A DNA stretch of 64,000 nt from Candidatus Fermentibacterota bacterium. Lineage in GTDB: Bacteria > Fermentibacterota > Fermentibacteria > Fermentibacterales > JCC-6. The stretch covers positions 8,065-72,064 of the forward strand of contig JAUVIR010000002.1 in assembly GCA_030592645.1 (NCBI GenBank), in the 5' to 3' direction. This document shows, one piece after another, positions 20,239-28,605 of the stretch. Position 1 is the first letter of the stretch; each line of letters starts with the position of its first letter. The notes beneath the pieces are model-generated. The model saw nothing but the letters and a program-made list of their open reading frames with translations. It had not been told where the DNA came from and ran no database searches. The position numbers and the translations under genes are program-made.

Positions 20239-20441
20239 TTCTTCAGAAGAATTTGTGCAGCTAAAGGTGTTGAAGTATATTCCATCATGTAATATATCAA
20301 CAAGATATGATCACGAAGGGGCCGTAATTGACAGTCTTGTCTTACTTGATAACAGTTACAGATAATCACTGTCTCGTATTGATGATCTCTTATCATTCGT
20401 GATGTCCAATATCTGCTTCCAGAGCGGAATCTATAACAGGA

Positions 20442-21347
20442 ATGCCATTATCGTACATAGCCTTCAGGTACTATCGAAAGAATGCTAAAGACTCATACTT
20501 ATGCACAGATTCTTGTGAGGAACCCGATGTTATTTCCGCCGGGTGTTCGGTTGTTGAGGAGTTTTCAGGAGCGAGGGTTTTGACAAGGATTCTTCAAGCA
20601 TCCGGGATGCAGGCATCTGAACCGGAGATAACGGAAGAATCATCTCATGCCGAGATAACATCAGTACATGAGAGAACGGCTGAAACCCTGCCAACAGTAA
20701 CAGATTATGCCGTTCCTTCGAGAGGTAATCCCGGTTGCCTGACAGATGGTTCAGTAGAAGTATGTTACTCACCATCGTCTGGAGCTGATGCAATAGTCAT
20801 TGACCTCGGTGAGGAATGTAATGTAACGTCTGTTTTGCATGAGAAAGTGTTAGATATTTCTCTTGAAAGTACATGGACGGATGAATCCGTTCGAACTCTT
20901 GAAACAGCCGCTGAAGTTGAACCTTATCTGTTAATCGAAGTGGCAGGCTCTGACAGGGAGTTCTATCCATTCTTTGAGGAGTCACGGAGCAGTACCGATG
21001 CCGTTCGTTACATACGGATACGAGGAGCTTCGGGTCTTACCGAGATCAGTGTTTATGGCAGCAGAGGAGTTGTAGATACAGTCTCATCCGTTGAGATCAC
21101 CCGAAGCGCTGAGAACGAAGGATGGATGTTCGCAATTCCTGTTGCTGAGCGCAGCGAAGAAGCTGAGATAAGGATTTACGATGTTTCCGGCCGTATGATC
21201 TGGAGCGGTTATGCTGAATCGGGAAGCGTTCTTCACTGGGACGGTTTCACCGAGAACGGAACAGTTGTTCCCAATGGAGTATACCTTCTTCAATGCAGCA
21301 TCGGTTCAGAGATCAGTACCGGCAGCTTCGTTGTGATGAGGGAGTAA
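20442..21347 (+). CDS. Hypothetical protein with a C-terminal FlgD-Ig-like / T9SS-type sorting domain
   Basis: C-terminal ~70 aa (AEIRIYDVSGRMIWSG...NGVYLLQCSIGSEISTGSFVVM) match the Por/T9SS C-terminal-domain pattern. No N-terminal signal peptide in the called frame. Confidence 0.45.
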   Translation: MPLSYIAFRYYRKNAKDSYLCTDSCEEPDVISAGCSVVEEFSGARVLTRILQASGMQASEPEITEESSHAEITSVHERTAETLPTVTDYAVPSRGNPGCLTDGSVEVCYSPSSGADAIVIDLGEECNVTSVLHEKVLDISLESTWTDESVRTLETAAEVEPYLLIEVAGSDREFYPFFEESRSSTDAVRYIRIRGASGLTEISVYGSRGVVDTVSSVEITRSAENEGWMFAIPVAERSEEAEIRIYDVSGRMIWSGYAESGSVLHWDGFTENGTVVPNGVYLLQCSIGSEISTGSFVVMRE

Positions 21348-21361
21348 CAATTTGAAGAACG

Positions 21362-21391
21362 GGGAGAATAGTTCGAAACTATTCTCCCCGT
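21362..21391. terminator. Bidirectional terminator-like hairpin between convergent genes
   Basis: 13-bp perfect stem GGGGAGAATAGTT / AACTATTCTCCCC with a CGAA loop. No strong T-tract. Confidence 0.4.
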
Positions 21392-21415
21392 CGCTTACTC
21401 AGGGATAATCAAGGA

Positions 21416-22387
21416 TTATTGTTTTGTAATGCGAAGGTATTCTTCAGCAATCTGCACTGCGTTAAGTGCAGCGCCTTTTCTCAGGTTGTCAGCAAGTACC
21501 CAGAACTGAAGAACTGAGGAGTCTCGCGGATTGTTGCGAATTCTGTCCACAGTAACGATATCGGTATTTTCTGCGTCAAGAGGTGAAGAGCCGAATTCCG
21601 AAACGGCAACTCCCGGAGATTCTGACAGTATTCTTGCGGCCTCATCACTCCGGACAATATTATCGAATTTCACAACTACCGCTTCTGTGTGCCCCGTTCT
21701 TACAGGAACCCTTGCGGTTGCAGCGAATACCGGGAAATCCGTTCCCATTATCTTGCAGGTCTCATTCATCAGCTTGACCTCTTCGCTGCAGAAGCCGCCT
21801 TCATCAGGGGGACCGATACTGGTGATGATATTCTCATGGATACTGTCGGCGGCATTTGCAGGCAGGGTTCCATTCTGCTGCCTTTTCAACTCCTCAAGGG
21901 CGGGTGTTCCTGCGCCCGAAACCGCCTGGTATGTTGACACGGAAACCCATTCAATGTTCCCCAGCTGACGCAGAGGGCTAAGAGCCACCGCAAGCTGGAT
22001 GGTTGAGCAGTTGGGATTTGCAATGATATTCTCTTCTCCCGTGATAAGGTGTCCGTTCACCTCAGGCACTGCAAGCAGAACATCCGGGTCCATTCTATAG
22101 GCAGAGGAATTGTCGATTACCAGCGCTCCTGCTGCAATGCTCATCGGTACACAATTTTTTGCTATATTTGCAGAAGTGGCACCAAAGAGTATCATTCCCT
22201 TATTGATTGTATCCGGTGTTAATACTTTTACCGCGTATTCAGTGTTTCTATACCGGACCATCTTCCCCTCTGACCTGTCTGAGGCAAAGGGATGAAACGA
22301 CACTGAAGGAAAGGAACGATCCTGAAGCACCTTGATAATAGTTTCGCCAACAAGCCCTGTCGCTCCGACAACACCACAGGTAATCAT
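21416..22387 (-). CDS. asd: Aspartate-semialdehyde dehydrogenase
   Basis: N-terminal GVVGATGLVG Rossmann motif and active-site region (QAVSGAG, CST). 323 aa. Confidence 0.9.
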   Translation of the reverse strand: MITCGVVGATGLVGETIIKVLQDRSFPSVSFHPFASDRSEGKMVRYRNTEYAVKVLTPDTINKGMILFGATSANIAKNCVPMSIAAGALVIDNSSAYRMDPDVLLAVPEVNGHLITGEENIIANPNCSTIQLAVALSPLRQLGNIEWVSVSTYQAVSGAGTPALEELKRQQNGTLPANAADSIHENIITSIGPPDEGGFCSEEVKLMNETCKIMGTDFPVFAATARVPVRTGHTEAVVVKFDNIVRSDEAARILSESPGVAVSEFGSSPLDAENTDIVTVDRIRNNPRDSSVLQFWVLADNLRKGAALNAVQIAEEYLRITKQ

Positions 22388-22531
22388 TGTTTCACCTCCA
22401 AATACAATAACCGATACATATCTGCAGCAATCCTGTGGTCAACCCTCACGATATTATCATGCTCAGGAACACGTATCAGCTCCCTTGATCATCGCAGCAC
22501 GGATTCAGCGCCGCTGGTAACCCGGAATCAG

Positions 22532-23845
22532 ATGGTCCTCCCGGTTCTCCAGGGGGGAGCAACTGGATACAGCGAGGTATCTTCAACGGACATACCTGCT
22601 TCTCTGGCAGCCAGCAGTGATATCCAGTACAGACCCGAACGTTTTCCAGGCAGGGGAGACATTAAAGAGCTTGTTGAGCGGATTCTCAGAAGCGAAGGAG
22701 TTCCCCGCGAGATAGGTGCGCTTGTCTGGATCGAAAGTGATTTCACTGTGGGTTGCTACTCCAGAGTTGGAGCCGCAGGCCCCTGGCAGCTGATGCCCAC
22801 AACAGGACGCGAACTTGGTTTAAAGATAGATGAATACATTGATGAACGATATTCCTGGGTTGCTTCCACAAGAGCAGCAGCTCGGTATCTCACACACCTG
22901 CACAACATATTCGATGACTGGTCTCTGGCGATTGCAGCATACAATTGCGGTCCGGGAAGGGTGCAGGCAGGACTTCGGCAGGGGGGCAGCACTTTCGGTG
23001 AAATTGATCTTCCAGGAGAAACGGACGCATTCGTCCCGCGGTTCGCTTCTGCCGCTGAGGCTTACGTTCAGGTAGAGCTTGATTCGGATAAGCTTGCTGT
23101 CGTCTGGATCCCTTCCGGTTTTGATCTTCGATTGCTTGCCGCTGAGACCAACCTTGATATAGATGTACTTATGGAGCTCAATAGATCGTACCTTGTGGAA
23201 AAAACACCGGCAGAGGGAGAAGCCTGGGAAATAGTCGTGCCTGCTGCATATGCCGGAGAAGTGTTCAATACTTCCTGGGCTATCGATCCTGAGAGGTACA
23301 TCGTGAAGGAGGGGGACAGCTGGAGCCGGATAGCTTCTGCGCTGGGCGTGTCATCGGAAGTTCTTATGGGACTGAATCCGGCAGGATCGCTTCAGCCGGG
23401 TATGTACATCGACATTCCGGAAAGCCAGCGCCAGCCAGTGAATGCTGGATACGTTGAAAACCCTCAGTTCATAAGGTATACCGTTCGCATGGGCGACACA
23501 CTGGGTGAGATCGCAGCAGGTGTAGGTGTGAGTTCAAGGGAAGTGGCCCTGTGGAACGAAATGTCACCTGGTGATACCATATTCCCAGGGGATGTCCTTC
23601 TGCTCCGCCGTTCCGGCAGTTCACAGGATCAGGAACAGAGCGAACCCAGACCCGCCCTTCCCGCTGGAGATGAAATAGATATAGTATCAGGTGGAGGAAG
23701 AGTTGAGCATACAGTTATTGAGGGAGATACACTCTGGGATCTGGCGATAAGATATGGGGTTTCCATAGAACAGATTATGTTCCTCAATTCGCTGGAGAAT
23801 AATGTACTCTCTTTAGGAAACATTCTTGTAATTATACCTGAGTAG
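22532..23845 (+). CDS. mltD: Membrane-bound lytic murein transglycosylase D-like protein (SLT domain plus three LysM repeats)
   Basis: SLT catalytic core (ESDFTV...AAGPWQLMPTTG) and LysM repeats (YIVKEGDSWSRIA, YTVRMGDTLGEIA, HTVIEGDTLWDLA). Confidence 0.75.
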   Translation: MVLPVLQGGATGYSEVSSTDIPASLAASSDIQYRPERFPGRGDIKELVERILRSEGVPREIGALVWIESDFTVGCYSRVGAAGPWQLMPTTGRELGLKIDEYIDERYSWVASTRAAARYLTHLHNIFDDWSLAIAAYNCGPGRVQAGLRQGGSTFGEIDLPGETDAFVPRFASAAEAYVQVELDSDKLAVVWIPSGFDLRLLAAETNLDIDVLMELNRSYLVEKTPAEGEAWEIVVPAAYAGEVFNTSWAIDPERYIVKEGDSWSRIASALGVSSEVLMGLNPAGSLQPGMYIDIPESQRQPVNAGYVENPQFIRYTVRMGDTLGEIAAGVGVSSREVALWNEMSPGDTIFPGDVLLLRRSGSSQDQEQSEPRPALPAGDEIDIVSGGGRVEHTVIEGDTLWDLAIRYGVSIEQIMFLNSLENNVLSLGNILVIIPE

Positions 23846-23849
23846 GTGA

Positions 23850-26800
23850 GTGAGAATAATGGCATTGTTTGAATCGGGATCCAGAAAGATACTGAAGAAG
23901 ATCAGAAAATTCGCCACTGAAGGCAGTGTAAACAGGGTTGCCTCTACAGTTAAAGAGGAAAAGAGTGTTCTCCTTGAAGAAAGCACTGTCGCATTGGAAC
24001 TGGTTGAACTCCTGCTTGACATAGGTCATCCGAATCTTGCTGCCAGTGTAGGCGAAGAAGTCATGCACCGTCACAGACAGATAGCTAAGGAAGTTCGGAA
24101 TCTTTTCATCGGCAGATTGAATGAATTCTCCAGATCCACAGACCTTTTGAGGGTGATCTGGAAAAGCTACATTGATATACATGATTACAGGGGCGCAATA
24201 AGTATTCTCCGTCAGGCTGATGAGATAACCGTTACAAGTCTTTTCGAAGTTATCAAAGAGAAAATGCATAGTTCAATGCGGTTTGATGGTACTGTTCACC
24301 CTGAAGCCGATCAGGACTCACTGGTCGAGTGGGGGTTGGCTCTGCATCGAGAGATCAGGTCGGGCGAGGCAATAGATTTTCTCTGGAAAGTGTGCAGGGA
24401 GGTTGAGTTTCCTCACCGTGATATATCCCTTCTGGCATTCTGGATGGGTAATCAGATAAAGAATCTGGACAGCAGCTACTTGATCTCACTTATGGGTATT
24501 GCAGCGGTCTCAGGTAAAATGGACAGGGCTCTGGAGTTTGCAAGCAAGCTGTCGGACAGTGAACCATCCCCCGATGAAGCTGTGGATGCCGCGAACGTTA
24601 TTGAAAAATGGATGGTACCTGCTGACCGTTCTGGTAAATCAGCATCATTTCTTGCCGAGATGTATACTGCAGCCGGTAAGACTGAGGCTGCATCAAAAAC
24701 TCTGGAGGGCATATACAGTCAAAGCCTGGACAGAGAGGAGCTGGAATCAGCAATTGAAGACCTTGTAGCCCATCCCGAAAGCGGCGCAGCTCCCCTTCTG
24801 CTTTCAGCCCAGATCAACCTGGAAAAGGGAAGAATTCCCGAAGCTTCAGAAGCTCTCGAGAGAGCATTTGAAGCGGGGGGTGCCGATAGCCGGAAACTGA
24901 TCGATATCTGCCGTGATATTCTTAACGAAACCGGTGACAATACAGGTACATTAGCAGTTAAACTCGCAAGTTACCTTGTTGAAAGCGGAGATATCAAGGA
25001 TGCTGTTTTTGCTTTACTTCCGATAATTGACGCGGATTCGGCGTTTGTTTTTGAACACGTGGAAAAGCTGATCATCAGAGACAGTAATAACTCTTACGTC
25101 CTTTCTTTGCTTGCCGCGGTACTCTTTGAAACGGGAAAGAGGAGTGAGGCTTCCGCCACTCTTCAGTATCTGTCAAAAAGAACGGAAAAAAAGTTCTGCA
25201 GCGAGGCAGCAGCTGTATTTGATGTACTGGAGAGTCAGATTGAAAAATATCCCGAGCTTAGAGAAGCAAGAGCCCTTTTCAGGTTTCATTCAGAGAGGGA
25301 GCAGGATGCAGCTGAAGACTGGTTCAAGCTTCTGCTTAAGGGTAGAAACCCTTCACAGGAAGGCCAGGAATTACTGAGGAAAGATAAAATTTCTGTTGGA
25401 TCAGTACAGCAGATCACAGATGCCGGTTTCAGCCCGAATACTCCATGGCAGGCGTTGGTGGTAGCACTGATCTGTTTGCGGGAGAGTAATATGGAGCATG
25501 TGGGCAAACACCTTGTCAGGGCGATGGAAACCCCTGAGCTTCAGGAAGTCGTTATCGACAGAATCGCAAAACTGCCGGATGATCTTCGCGATCAGCTTGA
25601 CCTGCAGTTGATATTCACGAAAATAACCCCCGGAAGGGCTGCTGAATCACTCGCATCGATTCTTGAGACGATTGAGGGAGGCGAAGACTGGAAGATCGCT
25701 CTTGCAACGGAACTCAAGTGGGATAATCCCGCAGAGGAGGCTCAATTCAAATTCAAGTATCTGCTTTCGCGGAACAGGGTTGTTCTTGCAGGATCATCCT
25801 ACATAGAAGGTAGTATTGGCGAACCTCTTATCGATTCTGTTGCACAGGCTTGCTCTGAAACGCTGAGGGACAGGTACAATGAGGCTCTGGATCTTCTTGC
25901 AAAACCTGTGAAAAGATCCTGGTCAAGCATACTGGCCAGAACCGTATTGGAATTCATACTGCCGAAAGCACCCGCTCTGGGTCTTCAGATCAGAAAGCTT
26001 ATCGCTGAATCATACAAGACTGAAAAAAGCTTCGGTGATGTGTCAGCCATATTGGCCCCTGTATTAAGTGAAGATGGCGTACTGGAATTACTTGAGAGTA
26101 TGGTCGAAGACCATCCTGGAGAGTACGACCTTCTGGATTCACTTACACGAACTGCCGCATCAAGGGGGGACTTTCAAAGATTTCATGAATATTCTGCCGT
26201 TATGCTCGATATTGATTCGGGCATAGCTGAAGAACTTGTAAATATGGCCCTTTCCATGGCAGCTGAAAGTGAGTCCGGCAGAGCATATCTATATGCCGCA
26301 AGATTAGCTTCCCGCTACAGGATCGATGCCGATACCGATGATCTGATCACGAAGGCAGTACTTATTCTTCCCGAGCTCTCTGAAGAAGGGATAGTCGAGG
26401 AGTTTCACAATAAGATAGGATCTGCTTCAGGAGCTTTATGCGCCGCAGCGTCTGGAAACGCATCTGCCTTCAGCAGTATCTGCAGAAATAATCCCGGCAT
26501 CAGCATTCCTCTGAATGAAACGATTATTGATATAGCTTCGCTTGACTGGACCCCCGAAGAGAATGCGGAAGCTCTTCTTGATCTGGCCGGACAGGCTCTA
26601 ACCGCTGGATTTCCACAGAAAGCGGAGAGTATACTGTGTGATCTTGCTTTGAAGAGCGATCCTCCATGGAATATAGAGGCGTCAAGGAAGATGCTCGCTG
26701 AGGTCGTAGCCGGAAAAGTAGACAGGATCAGATTCTGGGAATCAGTCAAAGCTGATGCTGTTGTTGCAGAAGCACTTGATAAACTCTTCCCCGAAGGATT

Positions 26801-27527
26801 CGGGAAAATAAGCACTGATGAGGCTAGAGTTATTGCCCCGGCAGTGCTCAACTCCGGTCAGGGAATCAGAAGACTGTTCAAGCTTGCGAATGATGAACTG
26901 TTCTTTCCTCCGGACGATCTTCCGCTCCGAAAGAAACTGGCTGAAACCTGCATGAGCAGCCTTGATGAAATGACGGATGAAGATACTCTTTCACCTGGTG
27001 AAACCGGAGAGCTACTGGAAATACTATTTTCGGCCGGCATGGTTGCCGATGCTGTTTCGGTTGCCAGACAGAACGGTTCGAACGAATTACTCTCCAGATT
27101 GAGAGATGGTCTGGCTGAAGCCAGAAAAGATTCAACAGGTGAGAGTAATGCTTTCAACATGGTTGTTTCCGGTAGATCCGATGAAGCCCTTAAAACTCTG
27201 GATGAGGCGGAAGATGAATCCTCCCGGGCTATGGATACCCGGGCTCTCGCTCTTTGGAATCTTGGATTCAGAGATCGGGCTATTTCAGCATGGATGAACG
27301 AATACAGAAGAACGGAAGACGCTGCTCCCCTGAAGAGGCTTTTCTGGGCTCTTGAACAGGCAGGTGCTCCCATGGAAAGAATAGCCCTGCGCAGATTCAT
27401 TGCCGGGAAATTTCCCGTACTTGCAGGAGTGCTTAAGCAGGAGGGTTCTGCCTACAAACCGGATCAGATGGAATTAATATCAGGACTTCGTATCGAGACG
27501 AAAACAAAGAAGGTGAAAAATGGCTGA
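23850..27527 (+). CDS. Large (1225 aa) predominantly alpha-helical protein of unknown function
   Basis: Long open frame with GTG start 5 nt after the mltD stop. No P-loop or catalytic motif recognised. Repeated LxxALxxxG helical-repeat-like segments. ATGGCTGA overlap with the next gene. Confidence 0.5.
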   Translation: MRIMALFESGSRKILKKIRKFATEGSVNRVASTVKEEKSVLLEESTVALELVELLLDIGHPNLAASVGEEVMHRHRQIAKEVRNLFIGRLNEFSRSTDLLRVIWKSYIDIHDYRGAISILRQADEITVTSLFEVIKEKMHSSMRFDGTVHPEADQDSLVEWGLALHREIRSGEAIDFLWKVCREVEFPHRDISLLAFWMGNQIKNLDSSYLISLMGIAAVSGKMDRALEFASKLSDSEPSPDEAVDAANVIEKWMVPADRSGKSASFLAEMYTAAGKTEAASKTLEGIYSQSLDREELESAIEDLVAHPESGAAPLLLSAQINLEKGRIPEASEALERAFEAGGADSRKLIDICRDILNETGDNTGTLAVKLASYLVESGDIKDAVFALLPIIDADSAFVFEHVEKLIIRDSNNSYVLSLLAAVLFETGKRSEASATLQYLSKRTEKKFCSEAAAVFDVLESQIEKYPELREARALFRFHSEREQDAAEDWFKLLLKGRNPSQEGQELLRKDKISVGSVQQITDAGFSPNTPWQALVVALICLRESNMEHVGKHLVRAMETPELQEVVIDRIAKLPDDLRDQLDLQLIFTKITPGRAAESLASILETIEGGEDWKIALATELKWDNPAEEAQFKFKYLLSRNRVVLAGSSYIEGSIGEPLIDSVAQACSETLRDRYNEALDLLAKPVKRSWSSILARTVLEFILPKAPALGLQIRKLIAESYKTEKSFGDVSAILAPVLSEDGVLELLESMVEDHPGEYDLLDSLTRTAASRGDFQRFHEYSAVMLDIDSGIAEELVNMALSMAAESESGRAYLYAARLASRYRIDADTDDLITKAVLILPELSEEGIVEEFHNKIGSASGALCAAASGNASAFSSICRNNPGISIPLNETIIDIASLDWTPEENAEALLDLAGQALTAGFPQKAESILCDLALKSDPPWNIEASRKMLAEVVAGKVDRIRFWESVKADAVVAEALDKLFPEGFGKISTDEARVIAPAVLNSGQGIRRLFKLANDELFFPPDDLPLRKKLAETCMSSLDEMTDEDTLSPGETGELLEILFSAGMVADAVSVARQNGSNELLSRLRDGLAEARKDSTGESNAFNMVVSGRSDEALKTLDEAEDESSRAMDTRALALWNLGFRDRAISAWMNEYRRTEDAAPLKRLFWALEQAGAPMERIALRRFIAGKFPVLAGVLKQEGSAYKPDQMELISGLRIETKTKKVKNG

Positions 27528-28605
27528 CAAACCGGAAGTTGAGAACACTGATAATACTATGGAGGAACTGATTACCGGGATCGGGAAACTTGTTTACAAG
27601 CTTAATGAATCCGTGGTGAACATTGATACTCGTATAGAAAAGCTTGAAACAGGAGTTTCATCTCTGCTCACGGAGAAGTTTGAAAGCCTGACAGCAGAGC
27701 TGGTAAAGTCCAACGAGTTCCTTGCCGGTATCCGGGAAGACCTCGGTACTGCACAGGAGAAACTTCTGCAGACTCTGGCTGCAGGACCTGAGGATTCCGT
27801 CAATAAGGAACTGTTCTCAAAGGAACTTAGTGAAGTGTCCCTTCTGATCACTGAGTCTGCTTCATCCATCGAGAAGACTGTTACCGAAGTGATTGGTCAA
27901 TCCAATGAGAACAGAGGGGTTATATTTTCGGAAAACATCAAGATCATCTCCGATGGAATGGGCGAAATAACATCGAAAATGGATCAGGCCAAAGACAGCA
28001 TACAGGAGAAGCTGGTGGAGGTACAAGCTTCAACAGCCAAGGAAGTAACATCAATATCAAGCAGCATCAAGGATAGCACCGATGCTCAGAAGGAGCAGCT
28101 AGAACAGATGAAGGGTCTACTGACACTGCATTCTGTTGAAGTTAAGGATAACAGGGTAAAAAATCTGAACCGTTCCGCAATAGTGCATTTTAACAATGCC
28201 GAGTTGGGTCAGGCCTGCTCGGATCTGAAAGAAGCTATTGAACTGAGTCCCGAGAGTTCCGAGCTGCTTGCGAACATGGCTCACATTGAGGCATCACAGG
28301 GGAAACTGAAGGAGGCGGAAGAACACTTCAGAAAAGCTCTCGAAATCGATCCCGAACTTGAGCCAGCCATCTCCGGTTTAGGAACAGTGCTCCTGGTAAC
28401 CGGAAGATCCGCTGATACAATCGATTTTCTTCAGAAATATCTGAATGAGGATTCTGAGGCATCTGCCGGCATTATGATTGCCTTGAGCAGAGCTTACGTT
28501 TCCCAGGGCGACCATGCAAAAGCTCTGGCAGTACTGGAGAAGGCAGATAAGATCGCTCCCGGACACCCTGAGCTGGAACAGGAACTTGCCAAATACAGGG
28601 ACTAG
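27520..28605 (+). CDS. Coiled-coil plus TPR-repeat protein (CpoB/YbgF-like architecture)
   Basis: N-terminal ~220 aa coiled coil and C-terminal three TPR units (AIELSPESSELLANMAHIEASQGKLKEAEEHFRKALEIDPE...). Translationally coupled to the upstream giant ORF. Confidence 0.45.
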   Translation: MADKPEVENTDNTMEELITGIGKLVYKLNESVVNIDTRIEKLETGVSSLLTEKFESLTAELVKSNEFLAGIREDLGTAQEKLLQTLAAGPEDSVNKELFSKELSEVSLLITESASSIEKTVTEVIGQSNENRGVIFSENIKIISDGMGEITSKMDQAKDSIQEKLVEVQASTAKEVTSISSSIKDSTDAQKEQLEQMKGLLTLHSVEVKDNRVKNLNRSAIVHFNNAELGQACSDLKEAIELSPESSELLANMAHIEASQGKLKEAEEHFRKALEIDPELEPAISGLGTVLLVTGRSADTIDFLQKYLNEDSEASAGIMIALSRAYVSQGDHAKALAVLEKADKIAPGHPELEQELAKYRD

